NCBI GenBank assembly: GCA_026770705.1
Contig: JANJGN010000402.1
Location: 310,001-374,000, forward strand
Direction of reading: 5' to 3'
Source: Isurus oxyrinchus
Lineage: Eukaryota
Length of the DNA stretch: 64,000 nucleotides
Below are positions 14,270-26,679 of the stretch, piece after piece (the first letter of the stretch is position 1; every line of letters begins with the position of its first letter). The notes below the pieces were generated by a model that saw only the letters and a list, made by a program, of their open reading frames with translations, made no database searches and was not told the origin of the DNA. The translations under genes and the position numbers were made by a program.

Positions 14270-17200
14270 ACGACTGCTGGACAATGTTTGTTGCAACGAG
14301 TGACGTGGATCCAATCTTCCTTCCATTTAACCTTCAGGGCCGTTCGAGTGGTCAGCACTAACAGATAGGGTCCTTGCCACCTAGGAGAAAAAAAAAATCT
14401 TTGTTTAAATGATTTACATACACTTGATCACCCAGCTGAAAGGTGTGTATTGGTGCATAGCCCACGGTTGCCTGAGCCAGCCTAACTATCTCAAGTAGTT
14501 CAGTTGCTGTTTTACAAATTGTCTGGGAGTAAGCCAGGGACTGTTCATCATTCCAAATTAAGACTAATCTCTCTGCACAAGCAGGAGGTTGGGCTCCAAT
14601 CATCATGGGGTGTCCCATGAGGTCCTCATGGAGTGTTATTCCAGTAACTCTATTCTTTCAGTTTCGCGTAGCAAAGAGCATTACTGGGAGCGCTTCGGGC
14701 CACGAAAGTTTAGTATCCTGAGAAACTTAGATAAGGTGTTCTTTAGTTCCCCATTTACCTTTTCAACTATTCCTGAGGACTGTGGCTGGTACAGAATATG
14801 CAACATCCATTGAAAATCCATGTTCTGCACTAAATCCTTCACTATGTTCCCAGTAAAGTGAGTTGCTCGATCACTGTTTTTTCCCATAGGCATTCCGTAC
14901 CTAGGTATCAGTTCTTTCCACAATATTCTCACTACTGTTCGTGCATCACCCCTTCGTGTAGGGTAGGCTTCAACCCATCGGGTGAACGTATCTACTATTA
15001 ACAATAAATACTTATACCCTGAGGCCAGGGGCATATGTACGAAATCAATTTTCCAGTTTTCAAAAGGCATTACAGGCATTGGCAGGTGATTGTACTTAGC
15101 TGCTGCTGTCCCTTTATTATTCTGCTAGCAAGTTAAGCAAGAACGAGTGATTCCTTGGATAGTTGGAGTGATAACAGGTACAATCATTTCTTGCTTTATT
15201 GCATGCTGCCTCCCCTCATTCCCCATGTGTGTCTGTGCATGAATTAGGCGACACAGGGGCAAAAAACAGACTTCGAGGACAAACCAGTCGACCATCCGAA
15301 TGGAACCAAAAACCCTTTTTGTAATAGCATTGTGCCATTTCCCATGCCCGTGTTTCCTGCTTCGTACCATTTTGTTGAGCTGCCTGCAACTGAGCAGACT
15401 CCAGAGCAGGAAGGGGGCTCGATTTGGAACATGGGGGGTTTGCACAGCTGCGACTTCTTTCGCTGCTTGGTCAGTGCGAGCATTTCTTACAGAGACATCA
15501 TCAGTCAATTTAGTGTGTTCTTCACATTTAATAACCGCCAGACATTTCGGCAATTGAATCACTTCTCGGAGGTTCAGCACGAGCTGGGAATATTTAATAG
15601 ACCGACCTGTTGATGTAATAAAACCCCGATTTTTCCATATTTCACCAAAATCTTGGATAACACCAAAGGCATATCGGGAATCGGTATAAATATTGGCCGT
15701 TAAAACTTTGGCCAGGATACAAGCACTGGTTAGAGCAAACAGTTCTGCTGCCTTGGCTGAAGTGCCAGGGGGTAGTGCGTAAGCTTCTATGATGTGGCAT
15801 TGACTCAAAACAGCTTAATCGGTGATGAGCAAATAGAATCTAGGTCGCTGAGAGGAGCCGTCGGTGTAAGATATAACGTCTGTGTCCCGAAGTAGCTCCA
15901 TCTGCAAATCCCTTCTAAGAGAAATGGACTGCTCGACCATGGCAATACAGTCATGCTCCACCTCTTCTGCGGACTCGGGAGAAAAACTAGTGGTGTTAAT
16001 GGCCGGCGATAGGCGATACGTGTAGTTGTGATGCGATAATAAAATAACTTTATACCCCATGCGTCATGAAGCAGTAAAATGTTGTGTAGCAGCAGAATCT
16101 AGTAGCAGCATGATGGCTTGGGGCACTCATACCTCACAAGGGTGATCGAGGACTAACAGGCAACGACTTCTCAACCATTGTGGCCGCGGCTGCAACAGCA
16201 TGGAGACAAGCAGGCATCCCCATCACCACAGCAGGAAGAGCCATAGAATAACAAGTGGTCGGTCGCCTACCTCCATTATGGTCTGAGAAAGAATTCTGGT
16301 GGCGAATCCCTTCCTTTTGCAAAAGTGCATCTGAAAGGGACACAGATAGTTGGGTAACCCCAGAGCCCGGGCCGTGGTTACAGCTGCTTTGAGAGCTTTA
16401 AACGATGCCTCCTGTTTTGAAGTCCACTGGACAAACGCAGGTGCTTCCTTCATCGTAGCTCCACAGAGGACAGCATCAGAAAGACAGTAATCGGGAATGC
16501 ACTGTCTGCAATAGCCCACTATACCTGGGAAGGAAAGAATCACTTTCTTTGTTTTAGGCGCAGGTATCCACAGGATGGCTTGTAGCCATTCTGGTCCGAT
16601 CTGATGAGTCCCTTTTTTAAAGTGAATTCCAGATACAGAACTAGTGGCTGGCAGAACTGCAGTTTACTCTGATACTCTATGGCCTCTCGTTGCTAGGAAT
16701 TGAAGTAAAGTATTTGAGTCTTTCACACAGTCTTTTAGTGTAGATGAGGCCACTAAAAGATCATTGGCATACTGTATAAGTGTGGAGTTCCCAGTTAAAT
16801 AACATTCGTCCAAGTTCCATTTAATGCAGCAGTGTATACAGCAGGACTTTCAGTGTATCCCTGGGGAAACATCGTCCAGGTACATTGCGGCTCTTTATTC
16901 GTACAAGTGAACAAATACTGACTGTGGGGATGGAGCGGGATAGAAAAGAAAGCAGAGCATAGTTCTATCATGGTATAAAGCATGGCGGTAGTCGGGATGG
17001 AGGACAGGATTACATTTACATTGGTTACTACCAGTGCCATGGGGACAGCAATGCAATTTATGGCTCGCAACTCCTGTACAAAACACCATTCGTTTGGCCG
17101 TCCAATTTTAGGTTTTGGTAATATGGGCGTGTCACAGTGGCTAACGGTGGATTTAAGAACCCCTTGATGAAGCAGAGCATTTACAACAGGAGCTATGCCT

Positions 17201-18380
17201 GTCTCAGCATCAGTGGTTAACCGATACTGCTGAACGCAGGGCAGGACAACATTTTATCACAGTTTAACACAATGATCTGGGGCGGAGAGCACTCGACCGA
17301 CATGATTTTTATGCAAAGCCCACAGACCACCCTCGGCAACGTCTAACGCATAGGGACATATAAAGTCAGATTGCTCAGGGGGCTGTTGTTGTTGAAATTT
17401 GGCTTTGGGGTCAATTAATTTACAGGAGTCCCCAGAAATCCCTGGGAGATGGATCCTAACCTCCACAGATCCGAACCATTCAACTGACCCAAGGCATTCA
17501 GAGGTAGGGATCTGTTGAAGCCTTTTTATCATAGGACGTATATGGTGTGACTGAAAGGGGGCCGAATTGCAAGGATCAGATGGGGCACAGACTCAGAGTT
17601 TTCTTGAAACAGAGGCTGCTGCTCTGCGGTCAAGTGTCCCAGTATGCCCAAGCCCGCCTCGGCAAAGTAAAGGTAGGGATCAGGACAGATGGGAGTCACT
17701 GTTCCTATGAGAGTGCTGGCCTTTTGATGATATTCGGGGTTATCTTTCACTGTATACCATGTGGTACAATGCAGACGGGAGTAATTCAGCACTACCTGTA
17801 TCAAGCTTTTTAGGGTTTTAATAGGTGGAGCGTTAGGTAATATATCAAGTTCTTGCCACAATCGGCCCATCCCTGCCATGTAAGCATTATCTTCAAGATG
17901 CCAACATATAAAATTGTTTCAGACTTAGTCTCAGGGGCGTCCTCAAAGGCAAGGAGCAAGAATGTGAAGTGGTGAGTTTGGGGTCTGGGCACTTCCATGT
18001 ACATGCCTTGTGGTATGAAGTAAATAGTGGCCCCTAATTTACACAGAGTCTGGCCTCCCCACAAGTGTAAAGGAGTGGTTTTTTAAAGTAACAGAGTTTC
18101 TTCCACACGTTTGTCTTCCAGTGACAAGGCAACTCGCTTAGATGGAGGTTCCAACAAGGGAACGGCTGCCACTCCTGCGGTTACTACCCTTTTCTGACTA
18201 AGGGGTAATCCCAGGGAGGGAGGTACTGAGGAAAGGGTATCGCCATTGTCCACCAAGGCTCGTAAATGTGTGTCTCCTATTCTAAGGATTACCATAGGGT
18301 GCGCTCCAGAGTCTTGCGAAAGTGATATAACTGCTCCCTGTATCATAGCCTCCCCTGGGCACCCCTTTTCTTGTTGAAAG
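14270..18380 (-). pseudogene. pol: ERV pro-pol: protease, 2H-like insert, RT, RNase H, integrase; disrupted
   Basis: LVDNG (protease DTG), FPQGYTESP and QYANDLL (RT YxDD), YTDGS / AELFAL / IYTDSRYAF (RNase H), WKIDF, VDTFTRWVEAYP, PQSSGIVEKVN (integrase). Confidence 0.96.
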
Positions 18381-19985
18381 TATAGGAGGGAATCGCCACA
18401 GCCTGCTGGCCATGGGACCCAACAGGTTCCCTAGGGGGGAACCGATCAACATTCTCTAGCCCAGTGTCCCCTTTTTCCGCATTTGTGACACGTGTCAAGG
18501 GATTTATCTCCTCTCTGGCTTCTTACTTTTCCCATACGTTTATTCTGACCTTGAAGAAGAAAATTGTTTTTCTGCTGTTTGGAACCCTCCCTGTTGCTAA
18601 CAAATAGACCCTCTCGTTCCATATTAACCAAGGCAGTGGTTGTTTCAAACCATTTCAAAGTTTGCCAGTTTAGGATTCACATTTTGAAAGATTGGACATG
18701 TTGGGCGAGCATGCAATTCAGCACTGTTTGTATAGCTCAGAGTACGTTGCTAAGGGAAACGCCCACATACTCCTCCCAAGTATTATGCAATCGGTTCAAA
18801 AAATCAGGGGTGCTTTCCTCTTTCCTTTGCAGGCACCGAGTCCCCGTGTCTTTGCGCTGCTGCCATAATAGCAGCTTTGTCCCTGCCTTACAGCCAATGT
18901 TTTAAACATGGATTCCCACCCTCTGCTAGCTCATCATCTTCCTGCCAATCTGCGTTCTCCCCTCGTGGCACTGCAATGGTATTTTGTAAGGCGCCCAGGA
19001 GCTACCATAATCAAATTTTAATAAAGCTTGCAAATCGCCCGGAAGGGGCTGGTAAAATTCATATATCTGTTCCAGCCAATTTAGGAATGCAGCTGGGTGT
19101 TTTATAGGATCGGGCGCTTTGGCTATCATAGCTCAAGCTTCCGCTCGAGTCCATGGTTTGGGTATAGCCATGTCACCAATCATAATTTTAGGATTCTGAA
19201 ATACAGGAGAGGTTGAGTCAGCCACTGTCGCTACCTTCTTGGTAGATTGTCCTGTGTACTTTGCCAGAGAAACGTCATTGCTCTACCAACGTCGACTTCC
19301 CTAATTTGAGATTCGAGGTCCGATTAAGTACTATCCGGTTCATTATTTGCTGGTCCCGCTCCTGCTCCCTCTCCTAAACTGGCATCGGCTAACCATGGCA
19401 TCCGCATTGGATTGGCTCCAAGCTGAGGATATTTCTATAAGTTCACCTGTTAAAGGTTCAGGAAGGGGGTGCCAGTGAGGGTTGCCAGATGCCGCGAGTC
19501 TTGGATACAAGGTGTAAGGTCCCAGTTGGTCGGTGCTGAGGGGATACGGTGGAGATGCAGAGGGTGCAGTGGAGGGCGCATCTACACAAACAGTCTCGTG
19601 GGCCACGTTTTGGTCTATCATCTTTTCAGTACCTTTGGTCTAATTTTCCTTTTTTTCTATAATATAGTGGGTTGGTGGCATTTTGCAACCTCCATCCATT
19701 TACTAAAACAACCCATCACATAGTGAAGATCCCAGTTGGGATCTCCAGCCCCATTAGCTACCCCATCCCACCAGGCCTGGATGAGGGGTATTTTAAAACT
19801 TCCCCCATACGGCCATTCTCCCCGCGTCCACCCGTACAAGTCACTGTTAAAAGGCACAGCATACCGATCATCGCCCGTTTCTCACATTACAACGTTGGTT
19901 GGCGACCCCGGATTGACAAGCGGATCTCTTACCTGCTGATGAGCTGTGGTTACCGTTATCCTTTGTTATCCGTTTTCTTACCCAT
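18380..19985 (-). pseudogene. gag: ERV gag, disrupted
   Basis: MG start at 19985, WPYGGSF (MA), Pro-rich region, PWTRAE..PDP (CA), QRKEESTPDFLNRL (MHR-like), single zinc knuckle CHKCGKRGHWAREC. Confidence 0.92.
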
Positions 19986-20410
19986 CTTTAAGGGTCCCAC
20001 TTTCAGTTGTAGTTTCTGTATGTTCTTATTACTTAGAGAGGCAGGGGGAGTGGCAGAGCCCGCTCTGCTGCTGGGTCCTCCCATTTATCTGAAAAGGAAG
20101 CACAATTAACAGTGTGGTGCCTTCCCTACCCTATGTGCTCACCGGTGTTTAAGAGTTCCTTAACACGTCCTCCAATTCTGTGGTCACACAAGTCTCTTTG
20201 GCCAATAGCTACCATTTTACACACTGTCCACTTCTCAGCTAGGATGCTGATTGACTGCAATCCCCCTTTCTGTTAGCATGCAGTATGCACTCTCTCTAAC
20301 TTGGGAGAGGTATTCCTCACTTTTTCCAGAAGGTTCTTTGTTTTTAGGGATCCAGCAACCAAGAATTTCAAATTCCTCTTCAACTTAAGAGGCTCCTAGG
20401 CTTCAGTTGG

Positions 20411-20428
20411 ATCCCATCCTCGTCACCA
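20411..20428 (-). promoter_or_regulatory. Primer-binding site, tRNA-Ser(GCU)
   Basis: Minus strand TGGTGACGAGGATGGGAT, 17/18 to the complement of the tRNA-Ser(GCU) 3' end (TGGCGACGAGGATGGGAT), 3 nt from the LTR. Confidence 0.88.
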
Positions 20429-20431
20429 ATT

Positions 20432-21270
20432 TGTTGCAGAATCGGAGTGAACAAATAGACCCAGGAGGGTTGGCTCAGAATCCCTTATTTAATCGTGATA
20501 TCACAGACAGTCCAGTTAAATACAATGGAGCTAGCTGACACTCTGAGCCAGCATCAGAGTACACACATAGTTATAGTAACAGTCGTACATATCATAGACC
20601 AAGAAGGTGATAAAACTGCCTAACCTTCAATAATTAATTATAATGAGAACCATTATCTTTGGCACACAATTATTCTAATGTAAAAACAAAAAAATACTGC
20701 GGATGCTGGAAATCCAAAACAAAAACAGAATTACCTGGAAAAGCACAGCAGGTCTGGCAGCATCGGCGGAGAAGAAAAGAATTGATGTTTCGAGTCCTCA
20801 TGACCCTTTAACAGAACTTCCAGTTCCGTTGAAGGGTCTTGAGGACTCGAAGTGTCAACACTTTTCTTCTCTGCTAATGCTGCTAGACCTTCTGAATTTT
20901 TCCACACAATTATTCTATTCTAGTTTATGACTACCCCGGATCTTAGGAGGAGTCCATCTGGTGATAAAAAGTGAGACTGAGAATAGATAACCATGCTTGA
21001 CATTATCTTTAGTGCTAGTGAGTGGACATTCTAGAGAACAGATGACCATTGCTTGATCCTGTCTCTTTGTGTTGGGGGCTGACATCCTAGCCTTGCCTCA
21101 AGGATTCTAGGAATCTTCAATATGATAATCCTTTTCTCCTTTCCTGCTCAATTAGCTGGCAGCTGCAGGTGTGCCTTCTAGAACAGATGAGGGAACTGTG
21201 CTGTAGTATTCCAATATGATTAAACCGTTTAACCCTTAGTTATCCTGTAGATGTATTTTAATCTTCCACA
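20432..21270 (-). repeat. ERV 5' LTR containing a 225-bp insertion
   Basis: Aligns with 12234-12833; TG...CA ends; adjacent to the PBS. Confidence 0.95.
20678..20902. mobile_element. Palindromic non-autonomous Penelope-derived element
   Basis: About 83-bp inverted arms (20736-20818 / 20822-20904); 15-bp TSD cacacaattattcta (20663-20677, 20903-20917); absent from the other LTR. Confidence 0.8.
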
Positions 21271-23239
21271 GTAAGAAATGAAATCAAATCGATAGCTAGA
21301 AATGATGTAGGGACAGATGATGTGGAATCTGTGTCGGTAGAGTTGAGGAACCGCAAAGATAATAAAAAAAACATAATGCGAGCAATTTACAGGCCACCGA
21401 ACAGTATTCAGGATATGGTGCACAAGATAGATCAGGAAAGGGCAAAAGCGTGTAAGAAAGGCAAGGTTACCGTGATCATCGTGGATTTCAATATGCACGT
21501 AGACTGGGAAGAAAAGGTTGGTGGTGAATCCCAAGAAAAGGAATTTGTAGAATATTTGAGAAATGACTTTTTGTAGCAGCTTGTGGTGGAACCCACTAGG
21601 GAACAGGCAATTATAGATTTAGTGATGTGTATTGAGGCATATTTGACAATGGAGTTTACGGAGAAGGAACCCTTAGGAGGAAGTGACCATAATATCCTAG
21701 AATTTACTATGCAATTTGAGAGCAAAAAACTGGAATCAGATGTAACAGAACTACAGTGGAAAACAGGCAGTTACAGAGGTATGAGGGTGGAGCTGGCCAA
21801 AATTTACTGGAAGATGAGCCTAGCAGTAAACGCCATGGAACAGCAATGGCAGCAGTTTCTGGGAGTAATTTGGGAGGCACAGCAAAAATTCATCCATGGA
21901 AAAAGAAGCATACCACCAGGAGGACGAGCCACCATGGCTAACAAGGGAAGTCAGGGGCAGCATAAAGCCTAAAGAAAAAGCTTACAATGTGGCGAAATGC
22001 AGTGGGAAACCAGGGGAATGTGAAGCCTACAAAGACCAAGTTAAGACAACTAAAACAGAAATAAGGAGGGTGAAGATGGAATATGCCGTTATACTAGCCA
22101 GTAATATAAAGGAAAATCACAAAAGTTTTTTTTTAGATATATAAAGTGTAAGAGAGAGGCAAAAGTGTCCACTTTGATGCTGGAGAAGTAGTAGTGGTGA
22201 ACTAAGAAATGGCGGAGGAAATGATTAGATACTTTGCGTCAGTCTTCACGGTGGAAGACAATGAGTAAGATCCCCCAAAGTTCAAGAGAGCCGGAGGGGC
22301 AGAGGTGAGTACGGTGGCCATTACAAAGGAGAAGGTGATAGGACAAGGGTAAGGTCTGAAGGTGGATAAATCACCTACACCAGATGGATTACACGCCATA
22401 GTTCTGAAGGAGATAGCTGAAGAGATAGTGGAGGCGTTATTGCTGAGCTTTCAGGAATCACTCGATTCAGGGAGGCTGCCAGAGGACTGGTAAATTGCTA
22501 ATGTAACTCAGCAATTTAAGAAGGGAGTGAGGCGAATGACGGGAAGTTACAGGCCGTTTCGAATTCCCTCGACCGTTGGTAAGATTTTAGAGTCCATTAT
22601 TAAGGATGAGATTTCAGAATACTGGGAAATGCATGGTGAAATAGGGCATCGTCAGCATGGATTCATCCAGGGTAGGTCATTCTTGACAAATCTGTTTGCA
22701 TTCTTTGAGGAGGTAACGAGTAGGTTAGACAAAGGAGAGCCAATGGATTTTATATACTTGGACTTCCGGAAGGCATTTGACAAGGTGTTGCACATGAGGC
22801 TGCTCAGTAAGATGGTGTTAGAAACAAGGTATTAGCCTGGATAGCAGATTGGCTGTCTTGAAACGTACAGAGTACTGAAAGGCCTACATAGAGTGGACGT
22901 AGGGAAGATGTTCCAATTCGTAGGAGAGACTAGAGCCCAAGGGCACAGCATCAAGAGTAAAGGGAAGACCTTTTCAAAGCGAGAAGGGGAGAAACTCTTT
23001 TAGCCAGAAGGTCGTTAATCTATGGAATTCGGTGCCACAGATGGCTGTGGAGGCCAAGATATTGAGTTTCTTTAGGACCAAGAGAGATAGGTTCTTGACT
23101 GATACGGGGATCAAAGGTTAAGGGATGAAGGCGTGAGCATGGGGTTGAGAAACTGATCAGCCATGATTGAATAGCGGAACAGACTCGATGGGCCGAATGG
23201 CCAAATTTCTGCTCCTATGTTTCATGTTCTTATGGTCTT

Positions 23240-24703
23240 AATTTGGAGACCTCTCCTCAAATTTCCCTTTACTGTGACTGATCAAAGGAAAAAAGTTCTG
23301 CTTCTCCACTCTCCCCATGGAACTGAGATCAATTATTCGAGTCACCATTCCAACATATCCCTTCTGAGACATCGCCAAGACTCTCATACCCTTTCTAAAA
23401 TATTGTGACGTGAAATGGACATTAAACCTCAGCCGGGCAATAACAGTGTTGTAAGAATCTTTAACATGATTTGCTTGTCTGCTCGCTGCCTCTATTTATA
23501 GAATCAATCATCCTCTGTGCATTATAAACAATTCTAACAACTTGTCATTCCAGTTATAAAGAAGTGTGTTCATTTATCCGCACTATGCTGGCATTCTGCT
23601 TAAGATTTCCATTCATCTTATAGTCTCTCTCCCCGCATACCTCCTCCCAGATTCATCCTCCATAAATTTTCCTTCTCCCTATCTCTCCATTTCCCCAATT
23701 TGTGTACATCGTACTGAAGCTTACTACTATCCATTGCAGTTTCCAATTTCGGATTTCTGTCATCTGCAAAAAGAACATGTGACATAAGTGAACAAATGGG
23801 CCTCTGAGCCCCTGGAGCCTCCTCCGTTATTCAAAACATAATGGCTGATCTGTTTGTGTTTCGAATTCTACTTTCCCAATTGCATCCGCTAATCACTGAT
23901 TACTTTGCCTCACATGAACCTACCCCTCTCAGTCTAAAAATGTTCCGTGCCCCTGCCTGCACTGCATGTGAGGCAGAGAAATCCTTAAATGAACAACCGT
24001 CTCAGAGAAATAAAATTCTCCACTTCTCCGTCCGAAAACAGAAACCTATAAATGTAAAACAATCCCCTCCTTGCTTTGAAATCATGCCTTTCATATAGAA
24101 TCGTTTATATTAAAGTGCATCAAAAAGAGCCTCGGTCCACATACAGACCTCCAAGGGAACATGACATTATATTCATTTTTAGCCTGAATATCTATCATTA
24201 AGCTCTCCTCTTTCATATTTGCTGCTTAGCCAAATTCATACTAGCAGTGCCAATATCGCCTTTAATTCATTAGACACGTTTTGTGCAACAAGTCTTGTAA
24301 ATGACAATTGATCAATACATAACATAAACCTGAGTTCCCTCATCAAAACTCATTATGTAGACAAATATCTCAATTCAGTTTATCAGATATGACTTCCCAT
24401 TGAAATATTCATGCTTCCGATTTTTGAAAGCTTTTATTTTCTAATAAATTAACAATAATTTCTGCCCAAGATTATAGTCTCTAGAAACGTCCCCACCAAC
24501 GACATTTCCCTGACTGTTCAGTAATTCCTGGGTTTATCCCTCTCTCCATTTATAAACAGGTTTAAACATTTTCAATTATCAAACCCTCTCCCATAATCAG
24601 GGATGACTAAAACATTATGGTCAGAGCTTAAATTAACACCAGCATTTCATCGTACACTGACTCACATACATCCCATCCAGACCGGGTAAATGTAATAATT
24701 TAT
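23240..24703 (-). mobile_element. Old antisense CR1 with a nested CR1 3' fragment (~23770-24090); resumes briefly after 28640
   Basis: Reverse-complement CR1 motifs (catcccatccagaccgggtaa, gttcagtaattcctggg); tail aagaacat..cataag at 23770. Confidence 0.65.
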
Positions 24704-25164
24704 TGTGATAGAATGTTCAGGTAAATAAGTAATAATATAATGAAAGGGAATTAATTACTTAAAAGTTCCAGGCAGCCAGCGCTACCAAGCAGATGAAGAG
24801 ATAAGGATGACCATTGAACCTTGCCCAGCCTTAGGGACTGCAATCAACAGAAACTCTTTGGGAGCCGGACTGGATTCAGAGGATGGCAATAACATAGATT
24901 AAGTGGGCTCTTCAACAGGTAAGGAAAGGACAGATGATCGTCGCTTAGATAGAAGGGAAGGTGTCTGCCTGGCTATAAATTGGGAATGCCTGATGCCAGA
25001 GATGAACGGGATCAGCAAAGCAAAAGTATGCTGAAATTGTAATTTAGCAGCGTGCTTTCTCAAGCCATCTCGACTTGGTTCTCTAATTGCAATTGCTCGA
25101 AAAAACGATCGTGAACTGTAGCTGAGCTTCCTTTGGACCGCTTGTCAAAGATAATACAACAGTT

Positions 25165-25182
25165 TGGCATAGTTGGCAGGAG
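25165..25182 (+). promoter_or_regulatory. Primer-binding site, tRNA-Ser(AGA)-like
   Basis: TGGCATAGTTGGCAGGAG, 15/18 to TGGCGTAGTCGGCAGGAT, 3 nt after the LTR end ...ACA. Confidence 0.75.
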
Positions 25183-26679
25183 ACTCCAAACTGTCCCTCG
25201 GGAAGGCTCTGCATAGTGGGTGAGTATATTGTATTTACCACCAGCCGTTAGTGCAGGAAGCCTAACCGAGAATAGTCCAGCCGAATATCAGAGGATCGGT
25301 CGGAGGACTCAGTACCTGACACGGAAAATACGTGCTGAGGTAGAAGGCAAGAGCCGCCCTGGCGGACTAGCGGTGCCGAGGCCGCCATGACCACGCTCCA
25401 AAGCGTGAGGTAGAGCAGTACATGCGGGTTACCGTGTGAAATATAAACACAACCGAAACCGGGCAGTGGGCCCAGACCCCTAATTAAAGCGTGAGGAACT
25501 AACTAGTCAGAGGCAAATGAATTAATTGCGCAGATACAAAGAAGTACAATGCTCTCGGCAAAACTGGTTAGTGCTATGGAACTCGACAGGAGATCCGCGG
25601 ACTCTATTACGTGGTCCATAGAGAAAGAATGGTCAATAATAATCAAGAACATATGGGAGGATGATTGGGACACAAAAATTCCACTACTGAATTTTATTTC
25701 ACAATAAATAAATGTATTGATCTACGTCACAAGAACTGCTTGTGCTGAAGAGAGAAAGAGAGTGGGGGCAGCCATAGGTGGACTAATGAGCAATAACGTG
25801 CTGGAGCTAGAGGAAATGGGTGCTTCAGCCAGTTTGATTGCCCCTATTGGTGGAGCCTTCAAGTTTTCCTTTATTCCCCCTCGGCTATCTGAGGTTTCGT
25901 ATAGATTATGAGAATTTTAGGACGTTAAGCTAAGGATACAGCAACATAAATGCACACTTGTTAAGAGATGTCAGTTTGTGAGCAAGGAAGCATTTCCATG
26001 TGAGCTTTAACGTGTTCCCTTCCTTAAATTGTCATTTGTGTTAGTAGACCAACTTTAAAGAGTTGACATCCCAGATCAGATTGAAGAAAAGTGTACAAAA
26101 ACATTACAAACATTTGAGGATTAGGTTTGATTCGAGATTTATCGCAAAAATCGTACTTCGAAGGTATTTGAAAGCTACAAAATGGTTTGCTTTTAATTGA
26201 AATGTTTGGGTTTGATACATACGAGTTACATTAGCTCATACGAGTTTAAAATCAAAAGGCATAATCAAAAGGTCTAGTTGGCTCCAATGGATAAAACGGG
26301 GTTCATTTTGAAGTGATGAATTAAATAGGAATGGAAGTCTGCATCCAAAAAGCACAGCGAGTTGAATTTTGAAAAGTCTTTCGAAGTTAAGTGCGGTGAC
26401 CTTTAAGAGTTTACTTCTAAATAACGTGCATGCTATCAAAGATGAACAATGGGTTGATAAACATATGGAGCATTTAATTTGCATAAACATCAATACACAT
26501 GAGAAAGAGGTAATACTAATTTTGATCCTGTTAATTACACTGATAATTAAGGTTAACATTTTGAAATTTGTTTCGTGATAAAGTTCTCAAAAGGGAATTT
26601 TCTTTTTTCACGATTTTTTACAACAATTGTCCCTAATTCAGATTCTGCAAGCTTTATTAATTGTAGCAGTGGTTTTCTT

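Larger units (their letters stand above)
12234..21270 (-). mobile_element. Full-length decayed endogenous retrovirus, class I / epsilon-like
   Basis: Paired LTRs, PBS, PPT, gag-pro-RT-RNaseH-IN-env in order; TSD gtaaa (12229-12233) / gtaag (21271-21275). Confidence 0.97.
11870..23240 (+). mobile_element. Long CR1 ORF2 (APE + RT) split by the ERV: 11870-12233 and 21271-23240, with an internal deletion near 22860
   Basis: APE LYLNARNIRNK...ETWL before the ERV; IYRPPN, VDFN, GSDHN after it; RT YLDFRKAFDKV; 3' tail at 23215-23240. Confidence 0.95.

Noticed and set aside
25540-26250. Possible gag remnant in the second LTR element
   Set aside because: Position fits, but no MHR or zinc knuckle is recognisable, so it is not called.
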